This document shows, piece by piece, positions 19,066 through 28,250 of a stretch of DNA of 63,337 nucleotides. Origin of the DNA: a virus. Taxonomy: Duplodnaviria; Caudoviricetes. The stretch covers positions 1 through 63,337 of IMG/VR virus record IMGVR_UViG_3300017747_003155; one strand, 5' to 3'. Numbering within the stretch: the stretch's first letter is position 1; every line of letters starts with the position of its first letter. The notes under the pieces were generated by a model. The model saw nothing but the letters and a program-made list of their open reading frames with translations, did not search any database and was not told where the DNA came from. The translations under genes were made by a program, and so were the position numbers.

Positions 19066-19293
19066 ATGAACGCACTCATCCTCATCGGTCACCGCCCCGG
19101 CGGCCCAGCCCAAGCCTACGGGTTCGGGGGATGGGTGGCGCTCGAATCCGTTCCCACCAACATGCACGGCTTGATCCTCACGCCGCTGGACGGGATCGAG
19201 GCTTACGCGGCGACGGTTCGCCGACGTTACCCGACCCACAAGCTCAGCGCGATGACCACCGCCGACTTCTTGAAATCCCGCACCAACCCATGA
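19066..19293 (+). CDS. Hypothetical protein
   Basis: Start motif CCACCGCACCCATG. Confidence 0.65.
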   Translation: MNALILIGHRPGGPAQAYGFGGWVALESVPTNMHGLILTPLDGIEAYAATVRRRYPTHKLSAMTTADFLKSRTNP

Positions 19294-19571
19294 AAGACGA
19301 CTCCACCACCATGATCGTTGCGCTGATGCGCACATTCCCGAGCCTGCAGCACTACGCGAACCAAGTCGGCGACCGATTTGACCCGCAGGAAGTCCGTGAC
19401 CTGTTCCACCTTGGCAACCACGGGTCCGGCGCCACCCACGCGATGAACTTCATCCTCGACCTCTGGGCCGGCACCACACATCGCTTCGACCTGTTTGCCG
19501 CCATGAACGCTTGGGACTACCACCACAAAAAGGCCTTCGCGGCATGGGCCGCCAACCCCGTCCAGCCATGA
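19290..19571 (+). CDS. Hypothetical protein
   Basis: ATGA-coupled; 'FILDLW...FDLF.A...WD..H..AF.AW..NP'. Confidence 0.65.
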   Translation: MKDDSTTMIVALMRTFPSLQHYANQVGDRFDPQEVRDLFHLGNHGSGATHAMNFILDLWAGTTHRFDLFAAMNAWDYHHKKAFAAWAANPVQP

Positions 19572-19840
19572 GCGAAATCATCGAACTGACCTCCGGCGAC
19601 TTGTCGACTCTCTGGCGCGCCGCCAAACGGCTCGATCGCGAGGCCGACACATGGGAGGACGGGTGGTGCATCACGAAGGACGGTGAGCGCGTGTGGCCTG
19701 ATCCTCCGCAGGACGAGCTTCAGGCTGAAATGGAAGTCCGCACCATGGGGCTCCGAACCTCCGCTCGAATGCTTCGCGAGATGGCAAAAAAACTGAGCCG
19801 CAAGGCTGAACTTCCCTTCGATACTTCCGACGAATTATGA
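19568..19840 (+). CDS. Hypothetical protein
   Basis: ATGA-coupled ORF. Confidence 0.6.
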   Translation: MSEIIELTSGDLSTLWRAAKRLDREADTWEDGWCITKDGERVWPDPPQDELQAEMEVRTMGLRTSARMLREMAKKLSRKAELPFDTSDEL

Positions 19841-20331
19841 CCCCGCTACCACCCACCGACCTCCGACAACTCCACGCCGACACGATCCGGGCACTGTCCG
19901 AAAATCGGCGCAAGCACGACACCCTCCGCACCCAGATCCTCGAAATGCTCGCAGAGGCGCTTCGCCTGATCCGCGAGACCACTGACTGGTCGATCGGTGA
20001 TGTGGCCGATGTGGCCGGCTGTTGGCCCCAGCAGATCCTTGAGATCGAGCGCGGGATGTACCCGCCGACCCTGCCGCAGATCGAAGCCTACCTCGCGATG
20101 CAGCGCAGGACCGACATCCGAAAGCAGGCACGCGCCCAGCGATCGACCGAGATGGTCATCCATCTGTGCATGCTGCCGAGCAACCTTCGCACGAACCCGC
20201 ACCCGGCCGCCGCCTGCGGGGCACCCAAGGACTCGTTCCTCGGGGTCGCCTCCGACGTCACCTGCCCGGCCTGTATGGCGACACGGGCCTATCAGGCGAC
20301 CATGGGAGCAATCAGGAGGGAAAAGCCATGA
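19837..20331 (+). CDS. XRE-family HTH protein with C-terminal Zn-binding motif
   Basis: 'LRLIRETTDWSIGDVADVAGCWPQQILEIERG..PPT'; 'H...ACG...VTCPAC'. Confidence 0.7.
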   Translation: MTPLPPTDLRQLHADTIRALSENRRKHDTLRTQILEMLAEALRLIRETTDWSIGDVADVAGCWPQQILEIERGMYPPTLPQIEAYLAMQRRTDIRKQARAQRSTEMVIHLCMLPSNLRTNPHPAAACGAPKDSFLGVASDVTCPACMATRAYQATMGAIRREKP

Positions 20332-20669
20332 GCGCCTTCGGATGGTCCTACCCGCCCGGGTGCAACGGCACCCCGTTTGACGACATGGACGAGGTCTGCC
20401 AAGTCTGCGGTGAGACCGAAACCAGATGCGTCTGCCCGACCTGTCGCCAGTGCGACGAGCGCGGCAACCCCGAATGCTACCACGAACTCGCCACCACGCG
20501 CTGGATCGGGACACGGTTCCACGTACCACCCCATCGGCACCTCACCGCCACCCAATTACGCCACCGACACGCGGCCGAAAAGAAAGCCGCCGAACAGCAA
20601 CGCTGGGAAGATGCCCAAGCTGAACTGTACGGCACCGAAGATCCCTTGCCCGACGACCTCTATGATTGA
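20328..20669 (+). CDS. Cys-rich hypothetical protein
   Basis: 'WSYPPGC...CQVCG...CVCPTCRQC'. Confidence 0.65.
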   Translation: MSAFGWSYPPGCNGTPFDDMDEVCQVCGETETRCVCPTCRQCDERGNPECYHELATTRWIGTRFHVPPHRHLTATQLRHRHAAEKKAAEQQRWEDAQAELYGTEDPLPDDLYD

Positions 20670-20961
20670 ACAACGCCTTGTCGTTTCCCGCCGCAGTTGG
20701 CTGGATCGTGGAAAGCTGAACCCCGACCGTGTCGAATCATTGCTGGTTCGAGGCCGCACCAAAAAGGACTGCCTCGAAATCCTGAGGGTTCACGGCCATT
20801 GCGGTCGACTGAGCGCCCACCACATGCGCAACTACGGTTCGATGTGGGGGACCGACATCATCCGACCGGAGCACGAAGGTCGAGGCCTGTGGTTGACCAG
20901 AGACCCGAACAGCCGCGAACTCATCCCCGTCTGGATCGAACCACCACCAATCGTCCTATGA
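20662..20961 (+). CDS. Hypothetical protein
   Basis: Overlapping start/stop chain. Confidence 0.55.
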   Translation: MIEQRLVVSRRSWLDRGKLNPDRVESLLVRGRTKKDCLEILRVHGHCGRLSAHHMRNYGSMWGTDIIRPEHEGRGLWLTRDPNSRELIPVWIEPPPIVL

Positions 20962-21293
20962 GCAGCATCCTTGACCCCATTGACCCGACCCCGCGTTCCC
21001 GCGTGTTCGTGCGCCTGCGCCGCTCATGGTTCCGCACCGCGGCCGGCGTGGCGATGAAGACCGAGATGAACATCCTCAAGCGTCGATCGACGAACTGGGA
21101 ATGGATCGAGGAAGACATTGGCGGCGCTGGCGCGGACGTCTTCATCGGTCGCATCACCAACTGGGGAGCGATGCCCGACGGCATCTATGAACTGACGATC
21201 ACGAACCCGTGCCGGGACTTCGAGACTGGCATTGTGGAGGATTGGGACTATGAACTGGTCCCGCTGCCCGTTCCGTTTGCACCATTCACCTGA
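20958..21293 (+). CDS. Conserved phage hypothetical protein
   Basis: 'DGIYEL..TN..RDFETG.VEDWDYEL'. Confidence 0.65.
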   Translation: MSSILDPIDPTPRSRVFVRLRRSWFRTAAGVAMKTEMNILKRRSTNWEWIEEDIGGAGADVFIGRITNWGAMPDGIYELTITNPCRDFETGIVEDWDYELVPLPVPFAPFT

Positions 21294-21306
21294 AACCAAC
21301 ACCACC

Positions 21307-22170
21307 ATGCTCGAAATTGAAGAATCCATCGTCACTGAAATCCGGGAACGCCGCGACCACGGCCGCGCCAAGTACGGCAACACTATGGAGCGCACCGACC
21401 TGACGCTCCCGCAATGGCTCCAGCACCTGAAGGAAGAACTGCTCGACGCCTCCATCTACATCGAAAAGTCGATCCGCGAAGCCAAGGCTGACCCTACGGA
21501 TCGGTTCGACAAAAAGCAGATCGAGGAACAGTCGGCGATGATCCAGAAGCAGGCGCGCACGATCAACTCCCTGAGCCAATCCCAGCAGACCGACCGTGCC
21601 ACCATCGTCGACCTGCAAACCAAGCTGCAGCAGAGCAAACAGGAGGCCCAAGTGCTCGGGTCACAACTGATGGGTTCCCGCGCCCGCGCCGACAAGGCCG
21701 ACATCGAAATCGAAACCTTGAAGAAGCAACTCGATGATGCCCGCGTCGAAGCCATCAACGCCAATTCCGCCGTCGAAGGTCTCACAAAGGACAACGAACG
21801 ACTCGGGGAACAATGTGGCCAACGCTTCAAGGAGTCCGTCGAATCCGCCGCCGCCGTCCAGACCGCGATGGAGATGCTGAACGCGATGCGGCTGGAACGC
21901 GATGCACTCCAGAAGCGCCTGACCGCGACCGAAAGTGTGCTCGAAGGGGCTGGCTGGGTGCGGTGCGTCGGGCCAGCCAACTGGAAGGCCCCGGTCAACA
22001 TGGAGGCGTCGAAGCAGAACGCACTGGTGTCGAAACTGTACAGCAAGCTGATGGCGATCCGGTCGCTGCTCCACGAACAGCACCCGGCCGAATGGCACAT
22101 GGAACCGCCGCTCCGTACATCGATCGAGCAGCACGAACTCGAAACGATCGCCGCGCTCTGCAGACCATGA
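21307..22170 (+). CDS. Small all-alpha (MazG-like?) N-terminal domain fused to a long coiled coil
   Basis: 'G.AKYG.TMERTDL..WLQHLKEELLDA..Y' followed by a heptad-rich region. Confidence 0.55.
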   Translation: MLEIEESIVTEIRERRDHGRAKYGNTMERTDLTLPQWLQHLKEELLDASIYIEKSIREAKADPTDRFDKKQIEEQSAMIQKQARTINSLSQSQQTDRATIVDLQTKLQQSKQEAQVLGSQLMGSRARADKADIEIETLKKQLDDARVEAINANSAVEGLTKDNERLGEQCGQRFKESVESAAAVQTAMEMLNAMRLERDALQKRLTATESVLEGAGWVRCVGPANWKAPVNMEASKQNALVSKLYSKLMAIRSLLHEQHPAEWHMEPPLRTSIEQHELETIAALCRP

Positions 22171-22388
22171 TCGTCACGCGCCTTGTCCAGATCCCGCCCC
22201 TCGGGCCGGATTCCCGCCCGCCCGACATCCACGCCTTGACGATCGAGGCCATGCAGGAAGTCGAACTGGAAAACGGTGGGGCCGTCCGGTTCCATTGGTC
22301 CAGCCTCCACACCCACCCGTCCTCCATGACGCTACGTCTGGTCTACTGCGACGGCCGGCGCGAGCCCGTGGTCGCCACCACCCCCTGA
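22167..22388 (+). CDS. Hypothetical protein
   Basis: ATGA-coupled ORF. Confidence 0.5.
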   Translation: MIVTRLVQIPPLGPDSRPPDIHALTIEAMQEVELENGGAVRFHWSSLHTHPSSMTLRLVYCDGRREPVVATTP

Positions 22389-22422
22389 TTGACACACGCG
22401 CCCCACTGGCCTCCAGTGGGGA

Positions 22423-22911
22423 ATGATCCAACCGACTGTTGTTGTCTCGGCCAAGAAGGACCGAGAAGGCCTGTACATCGGCCGGGCATTCGCCGGCTTT
22501 GAAGCCTCCCCGTTCCTGAACCCGTTCAGCGTCGGGGAAGACACCCCGCAGAATCGCATCGAAGCGGTCTGGAAGTTCACGAAGTGGTTCCTGAACCAAC
22601 CGCAGCGGTTCGAGCTCGACCAGATCCGCAACGCCAAGCAGGTGGTCTGCTGGTGCGCGCCGAGCCTGTGCCACGGTCACGTTCTGGCGTGGCTGGTTGC
22701 CCACCAGAAGTTCCGCGGTCCGTGCGTGATGTGCGGGGAACCGATGGTCTCGAAGATGAATGGGTTTGACCACGGCCCCCATGTGGCATCGTACTTGGTC
22801 TATGAGCAGGGCGAGTGTCGCAATCCCCCGTGCCGACACTACCGGTTCACCCACACCGCCAACATCACCAAAGAGACCATCCCGGCATGGGCCGCCGAAC
22901 ATTATGACTGA
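22423..22911 (+). CDS. DUF4326-family protein with Zn-ribbon tail
   Basis: 'LYIGR...SPFLNPF...CWCAP.LCHGHVL'. Confidence 0.85.
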   Translation: MIQPTVVVSAKKDREGLYIGRAFAGFEASPFLNPFSVGEDTPQNRIEAVWKFTKWFLNQPQRFELDQIRNAKQVVCWCAPSLCHGHVLAWLVAHQKFRGPCVMCGEPMVSKMNGFDHGPHVASYLVYEQGECRNPPCRHYRFTHTANITKETIPAWAAEHYD

Positions 22912-23197
22912 CGACATCGACCCAGAGCGAGGCGCCGTCCTCGATCGCCACATCAAAGGACTCGGGAAGCACTTCGATTGCGTTCTGATCATCGGGTCCT
23001 ACATGGACGAACTCGGTCGAACGAAGTCGCTCGAAATCGGGCACGGGAACCACTATGCCCGGATCGAGATGGCCCGGGCCTACGCCCGTCGAAACGACGA
23101 CCGCGAACTGGCCGGGCACCTTGCGGTGGCGCTTGACGCCGTGGTCGAGGACATCGACGATGACGAAGACAACGATGACGACGAAAAAGTGAGTTGA
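22904..23197 (+). CDS. Hypothetical protein with acidic tail
   Basis: 'LGKHFDCV.I...GHGNHYAR', 'DIDDDEDNDDDE'. Confidence 0.65.
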   Translation: MTDDIDPERGAVLDRHIKGLGKHFDCVLIIGSYMDELGRTKSLEIGHGNHYARIEMARAYARRNDDRELAGHLAVALDAVVEDIDDDEDNDDDEKVS

Positions 23198-23269
23198 CGG
23201 CGGGTCTTCGTGGTGGACGATGCCGCCAGTGGTAGCCACTCTTGGGAGGGAGGCGGCACCGCGAGCGAG

Positions 23270-23310
23270 ACCCCGGAACGGCTTTGAAACCCGTTCCGGG
23301 GTTTTTGTTT
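23270..23310 (+). terminator. Intrinsic terminator closing the 10-kb accessory block
   Basis: ACCCCGGAACGG-loop-CCGTTCCGGGGT followed by TTTTGTTT. Confidence 0.8.
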
Positions 23311-23341
23311 GTCCGGGCGACCCATCGTGCTATCGGTTGCG

Positions 23342-24964
23342 ATGCCCGTCTCTAATTGCCACCCCACCCACCAATCAGCAGTCGACCGCTGGCGCCAGAT
23401 CCGCGACTGCATCGACGGATCGCAGGCGGTGAAGGAAGGGGGAACCCTGTATCTCCCTTCGCTCGGGTCCCACACGGATGTCCCGGGTGCCTATGAGGCC
23501 TACAAGAAGCGCGCCCTGTACTTCAATGCGACGAACCGCACCCACGATGCGCTGCTCGGGTTCCTGTTCCGCAAACCGCCGGTCGTCCAGCTTGGCCCGA
23601 AGGACTCGAAGGCCACCCTGATCCCCGAGAACGAAGTCGCGAACATCGACCTGTCGGGCAATTCCATCACCGACTACTCCCGGCTGGTAGGCGACGATGT
23701 GGCGAGCGTCGGGCGCGCCGGCACACTGATCGACTGGATTCTGTCGGACGGCGTGGGCCGCCCTCGGTTCACGTTCTATTCGGCCGAATCGGTCATCAAC
23801 TGGCGCGGGCAGATGGTGAACGGGAAGATGCTCCTGACGATGCTGGTGCTGAAGGAAGTGGTTCGGGTGGAAAGCTCCGCGGACGAATTCGATGAACCCG
23901 AGGATGTCCAGTACCGGGTGCTGCGGCTCACGGACTCGGGTGTCGAGGTCGAGGTCCACACCGGGATCAAGGAAGATCCCAATTCGGATGTCCCGAAGCG
24001 CGGTGGGCAGGGGACGGGCGTGCCGTCCTTCGCGATCGAAAAACTCCCCCCGATGACGCGTCGCGGGCGACCCCTCATGGAAATCCCGTTCGTGTTCCAC
24101 AACGCCGACCACATCGGGATGGACATCGGGATTTCCCCCCTGTATGACCTCAGCGAAGTCAACATCAGCCACTACCAGACCAGCGCCGATGTCGAGAACG
24201 CCAGCCACGTTCTGGGAGTCCCGACCCCGTACGCCTTCGGGTTGACCAGCGGTGGCGAACCCGTGAAGGCGGATCTACTGTACCTCGGCGGGCCGGCGTG
24301 GGTCAGCGACAACGCCGATGCCCAAGTCGGGTTCCTCGAATTCACCGGCCAAGGCCTCGGGGCCCTGAAGGATCGACTGGCCGAAAAGCTGCAAGCGATG
24401 GCGGCGATCGGCGCGCGGATGATCGAACCAAAGCAGGGGGATGCCGAGGCATTCGAGACGGTGGCGCTCCGGGCGACCAGCGAGACCTCCGCACTGGCCA
24501 GCATCGCCTCGTTCATCTCCCGCTCGATGACCGATGCCCTGAAGTGGTATGTCTGGTGGACATCGACCGAGGACTCCTACGAGGACATCAAGGACGTCCG
24601 GTTCGAGATCAACCGCGACTTCGTGGCGACCCGCCTGCAGCCGGCCGAACTGACCGCCCTGCTCGCCGCATACCAGTCCGGCGCCATCTCGTTCGAGACG
24701 ATGTTCTTCAACTTCCAGCGTGCCGACCTGTACCCGCCGGACCACGACCTCGAAACCGAACGCGCCGCGATCGACGAACAACTCCAGATGCCGATCCCGG
24801 GCGCCCGCGGCGAAGCCTTCAATGCCGAGCGCGAGGACGCCGCAGCAGAGGCCGACGCCGAGGAAGATCCCGAGGAAGACCCGACATTCGGCAAACCGGC
24901 GGCGAAGAAGGCGGCGAAGAAAGCGGCCAAGAAGGCGGCTGGAAAACGCCCGCCGGCCGAGTAA
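23342..24964 (+). CDS. Portal protein (DUF4055-like)
   Basis: 'YEAYKKRALYFNAT', 'AESVINWR', 'PLYDL...NISHYQ.SAD', 'GARM', 'GAIS.ET'; C-terminal AAKK repeats. Confidence 0.9.
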   Translation: MPVSNCHPTHQSAVDRWRQIRDCIDGSQAVKEGGTLYLPSLGSHTDVPGAYEAYKKRALYFNATNRTHDALLGFLFRKPPVVQLGPKDSKATLIPENEVANIDLSGNSITDYSRLVGDDVASVGRAGTLIDWILSDGVGRPRFTFYSAESVINWRGQMVNGKMLLTMLVLKEVVRVESSADEFDEPEDVQYRVLRLTDSGVEVEVHTGIKEDPNSDVPKRGGQGTGVPSFAIEKLPPMTRRGRPLMEIPFVFHNADHIGMDIGISPLYDLSEVNISHYQTSADVENASHVLGVPTPYAFGLTSGGEPVKADLLYLGGPAWVSDNADAQVGFLEFTGQGLGALKDRLAEKLQAMAAIGARMIEPKQGDAEAFETVALRATSETSALASIASFISRSMTDALKWYVWWTSTEDSYEDIKDVRFEINRDFVATRLQPAELTALLAAYQSGAISFETMFFNFQRADLYPPDHDLETERAAIDEQLQMPIPGARGEAFNAEREDAAAEADAEEDPEEDPTFGKPAAKKAAKKAAKKAAGKRPPAE

Positions 24965-24973
24965 CGGTTGGGG

Positions 24974-26125
24974 ATGCCCGACCAGACCGACGAGATCGTC
25001 ACCCATACCCTGAGCATCCTGCGTGTGGCCGCCGGCCTGCGGCGGGAAGCCGTGGCGGTCCTGCAAGACTTGCAGGCCGCACTGATCGCGAAGATCGAGC
25101 GCATCGCTCCAGACACCCTCAAGGGCCGTCGAATGCGAGCCCTGTTGGAACAAACGGACGAGTCGATCGCAGCCGCCTACCGCGATGTGGAGGTCAACCA
25201 AGACGCCGGCCTGCGGGCGATCGCCGGGCTGGAAGGGAAGTTCGCCATCAAGACCCTGAATGGCAAAATCGGCGTGCCGCTCATCAGCGTGGCGATCCCC
25301 GAGAAGGTGGTCGAGGCGGTGGTCGACGGCGACACGATCTTCGGGCACTCGGCCAAGTCGTGGTGGGACCAGCAGGCAGAGGATCTTCGCTTCAAGTTTC
25401 GCGGTGCCATGCAGCAAGGAATCCTGATGGGTGAAACCGTCGACCAACTCGCCCGCCGCGTGCGCGGCACGAAGGTCGGGGAATTCAAGGACGGCATCAT
25501 CCCGTCCGGCGATGCGACAGGCCTGATCCCGAAGAAAAAGCGCGAGGCCGAGGCACTGGTGCGATCGAGCGCCATCGCCATCTCGAACGAAGCCCGCCTG
25601 CGGTCCTACGAGGAATTGTCGGATGTCGTCGGGGCCATCCAGTGGGTGTCGACGCTGGACTCCCGCACGACCGATATCTGCAAGGCGCTGTCCGGCCTCA
25701 AGTGGTCGCTGCCCGACTACAAGCCGATCGGCCACACCAAGGTCTTCCCCGGCCCGACCGCGCATTGGAATTGCCGCTCGACCCAAGTGGCGGTCACGAA
25801 ATCATGGGACGAACTGAGTGGGAAAAAGCTCCCGTCCCTCGGCGACAAGACCGTGGAGGCCCGGATGAAGCAACTGCTCCGGAAAGAGGGATGGTCGGAG
25901 GAAAAGCTGGAACAGGTGAAGGTGAATGCCCGTGCGTCGATGGACGGACCGATCAGTCGGGATGTGACGATGGACAAATGGATGGAAGGGAAGTCGGACT
26001 CGTTCCTGAACGAAGCCCTCGGGCCCGGCCGGGCGGCGCTTTTCAAGGAGGGAAAGATCGCGCTGGCGGACCTGACCGACCAGTCGAATCGACCTCTGAC
26101 GCTCGCCCAACTGAAGCGACTGTGA
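24974..26125 (+). CDS. Minor head / head morphogenesis protein (SPP1 gp7 / Mu F-like)
   Basis: 'QWVSTLDSRTT.IC...GPTAHWNCRST', 'LGPGRA.LF..G', 'LTLAQL'. Confidence 0.9.
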   Translation: MPDQTDEIVTHTLSILRVAAGLRREAVAVLQDLQAALIAKIERIAPDTLKGRRMRALLEQTDESIAAAYRDVEVNQDAGLRAIAGLEGKFAIKTLNGKIGVPLISVAIPEKVVEAVVDGDTIFGHSAKSWWDQQAEDLRFKFRGAMQQGILMGETVDQLARRVRGTKVGEFKDGIIPSGDATGLIPKKKREAEALVRSSAIAISNEARLRSYEELSDVVGAIQWVSTLDSRTTDICKALSGLKWSLPDYKPIGHTKVFPGPTAHWNCRSTQVAVTKSWDELSGKKLPSLGDKTVEARMKQLLRKEGWSEEKLEQVKVNARASMDGPISRDVTMDKWMEGKSDSFLNEALGPGRAALFKEGKIALADLTDQSNRPLTLAQLKRL

Positions 26126-26133
26126 GGCCGATT

Positions 26134-26165
26134 CTCGGGTCGGGTTCTTTTGACCCCGACCCGAG
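26134..26165. repeat. 32-bp palindrome H3 (core inverted)
   Basis: CTCGGGTCGGGTTCTTTTGACCCCGACCCGAG; its reverse complement matches H2 at 31/32. Confidence 0.9.
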
Positions 26166-26182
26166 CGACGGGTGACGAAAGA

Positions 26183-26243
26183 TTGCACAAAATGCGCAAA
26201 AGTTGTTTACAGGTTGCGCATTCTGGTGTAGTATCTCCTTACC
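26183..26243 (+). promoter_or_regulatory. Operator-bearing promoter P6
   Basis: TTTACA(26206)-N17-TAGTAT(26229); TTGCACAA, TGCGCAA and TTGCGCA. Confidence 0.85.
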
Positions 26244-26261
26244 AACCAATCCACTGCATCC

Positions 26262-26540
26262 ATGAAAACCGACATCACCGCCATCCTGACCGCCCTGAAC
26301 GACCTCGCCTTCCGCGATGCTTCCTTCACCGATGACCTGATCGGCGTCGAACGCTTCCTCCGCACCGTCGGAACCGCTGAACTGATCGTGACGATCTTCA
26401 GCAACGAGAAGATTTGCGTGACCCTTCGCGACAAACCCGCCCCGCAGCCCGCCGCGATCCTCTGGCACATCGAATTCCGCAACAACATCCCGGCCTACAT
26501 CATCACGGCCGCGATCGAAGCCGCCATCACGAAGTCCTAG
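26262..26540 (+). CDS. Hypothetical protein (first gene after P6)
   Basis: Start motif CCACTGCATCCATG. Confidence 0.7.
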   Translation: MKTDITAILTALNDLAFRDASFTDDLIGVERFLRTVGTAELIVTIFSNEKICVTLRDKPAPQPAAILWHIEFRNNIPAYIITAAIEAAITKS

Positions 26541-26574
26541 CCCGCCCCGTCCCATCCCACACTCCACCGCACCC

Positions 26575-26850
26575 ATGAACAACAATCTCGAAACCGGCCT
26601 CCGCGCCCTGCCGACCATCTCGACCTCCTGTGTCCGCGAACTCCTGCGCCCGATCGTCCAAGCGGAAGAAGCGATGGCCGCCGACAAGGCCGCCTACGAG
26701 CAGGCCGTCCGCAGCCTCGCCCACGAAATCATCGCCGACCCGGCCGCCGGAAGATTCTCGGACGGCTGGACGACGGCCGAAGTCCTCGCGACCGACCTCG
26801 CGTTGGTCCCTGAACTGGTCGACGAAATCCGCATCATCACCAAGCGATAG
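26575..26850 (+). CDS. Hypothetical protein
   Basis: Start motif CCACCGCACCCATG. Confidence 0.7.
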   Translation: MNNNLETGLRALPTISTSCVRELLRPIVQAEEAMAADKAAYEQAVRSLAHEIIADPAAGRFSDGWTTAEVLATDLALVPELVDEIRIITKR

Positions 26851-26875
26851 TCCAACCCACGAACCCACCGCACCC

Positions 26876-27313
26876 ATGAAGACCGTCATCCTCAAGAACC
26901 GCCTGTCGGGCAAATACTACCTCCGCGGCGCGCACTTCACCGCCGATCTGGAGATCGCCACTCCTGTCGGGGTGCAGAGCCCCGAATACGCGCTCATCAA
27001 GCACACCTACGACTTCGAGAACGTCGAGGAAATCGAACACGCGCCCCACACCCCGAACGCCGGGTGGCGGCATGACGGGTATGGCCAGTGGATCTTGAAA
27101 CTGAGCCGGACGATCGACATCCGGGTCTTCCAGCAACACGGCCAGCAAGGCGACCCGACCCCGCGCGCATGGCAATACGTCCTCCCGTGGGGCCGCAGCA
27201 AGGCGATCTTCACCACCGCCGACAACGCGAAGGTTGCCGCCGAGCGCCACGCCGTCATCGGTGCCCAAACCATCATCGACCACCTCAGCAACAACACCCA
27301 CTACAAGCCATGA
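26876..27313 (+). CDS. Hypothetical protein
   Basis: Start motif CCACCGCACCCATG. Confidence 0.7.
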   Translation: MKTVILKNRLSGKYYLRGAHFTADLEIATPVGVQSPEYALIKHTYDFENVEEIEHAPHTPNAGWRHDGYGQWILKLSRTIDIRVFQQHGQQGDPTPRAWQYVLPWGRSKAIFTTADNAKVAAERHAVIGAQTIIDHLSNNTHYKP

Positions 27314-27507
27314 AACCGACCACCAAGAAACCCACCGTCAACTTCAAGCCCCTTCGCAAAGGATCAACCCTCGGATTCTTCTATCTGAACGGGGTGAAGA
27401 TCGGGACCGACGAAGCATGGAAACTCTGGCAGGCAGGGAATGCCGACTGGACCCAACGGGCCTACACCCGGATGGCCGCGAACGTCATGGACGGCATCGT
27501 CAAGTAA
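27310..27507 (+). CDS. Hypothetical basic protein
   Basis: ATGA-coupled ORF. Confidence 0.6.
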   Translation: MKPTTKKPTVNFKPLRKGSTLGFFYLNGVKIGTDEAWKLWQAGNADWTQRAYTRMAANVMDGIVK

Positions 27508-27521
27508 CCCCACCACCGATC

Positions 27522-27965
27522 ATGGAAACCGACCCACTCCAAGACGCCGAAACCATCATGCTGCTCGGCGTGATGTCGGCTCAGTACATCGATCGGATCA
27601 AGGCTCGCGACCCCGACACGATGCACCTGCTGCTGATGATCCAGTCATCCATGGTCGAAACGGTCATGCAGACCCACGCGGCGATGCAGGCCGCCGACCA
27701 CACGTTCGCGATCGCAGCACTCAAGAACCCTACGCTGGCCCGCCGAATGGCCCACAAGACCTTCGAGCAAACCCCAGTGCCGGAACTCGCCCGCTACATG
27801 TCGCTGATCGCGATGCGGCAGGGGATGGATATGAGCAATCGGCCAAAGCTCGCGCAATGGATGGACGACGAATGCCGACGCTGGGTGATGGAGCAGGGGA
27901 AGCAGGTCATCGCGAGGGTCAATGGCCACGCCAAGGCGTTGGTGAACAGCCCGCCGCACGGTTGA
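27522..27965 (+). CDS. Hypothetical Met-rich helical protein
   Basis: C-rich leader; typical codon usage. Confidence 0.6.
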   Translation: METDPLQDAETIMLLGVMSAQYIDRIKARDPDTMHLLLMIQSSMVETVMQTHAAMQAADHTFAIAALKNPTLARRMAHKTFEQTPVPELARYMSLIAMRQGMDMSNRPKLAQWMDDECRRWVMEQGKQVIARVNGHAKALVNSPPHG

Positions 27966-27995
27966 CTTCGATTCGATCGAACGGATAATGGTGCC

Positions 27996-28220
27996 ATGAA
28001 GATTGGCACGGTCCTGAGCATCGACGCTCCCCGCTGCAACCTTCGGTTCGACGGCTACCAGAGACAGCTTTTCGGGCCCGAGGTTTCGGTGTGGACGATG
28101 TTGTGCCCACGGTCCGAATGGAACGGCACCCGGCTGTACTGCCGGAAGGGGGCGCGTCCTAGCGAAGTGGAGCGGGCGGCGGCAGAGCGGTTGCAGAAAA
28201 CCCTGCCATTGTGCGCTTGA
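27996..28220 (+). CDS. Hypothetical protein with its own promoter
   Basis: TTGACT-N16-GATAAT ends 6 nt before the ATG. Confidence 0.5.
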   Translation: MKIGTVLSIDAPRCNLRFDGYQRQLFGPEVSVWTMLCPRSEWNGTRLYCRKGARPSEVERAAAERLQKTLPLCA

Positions 28221-28250
28221 CTCGGTCGACCGATTCGCATTCTGTCGGCC

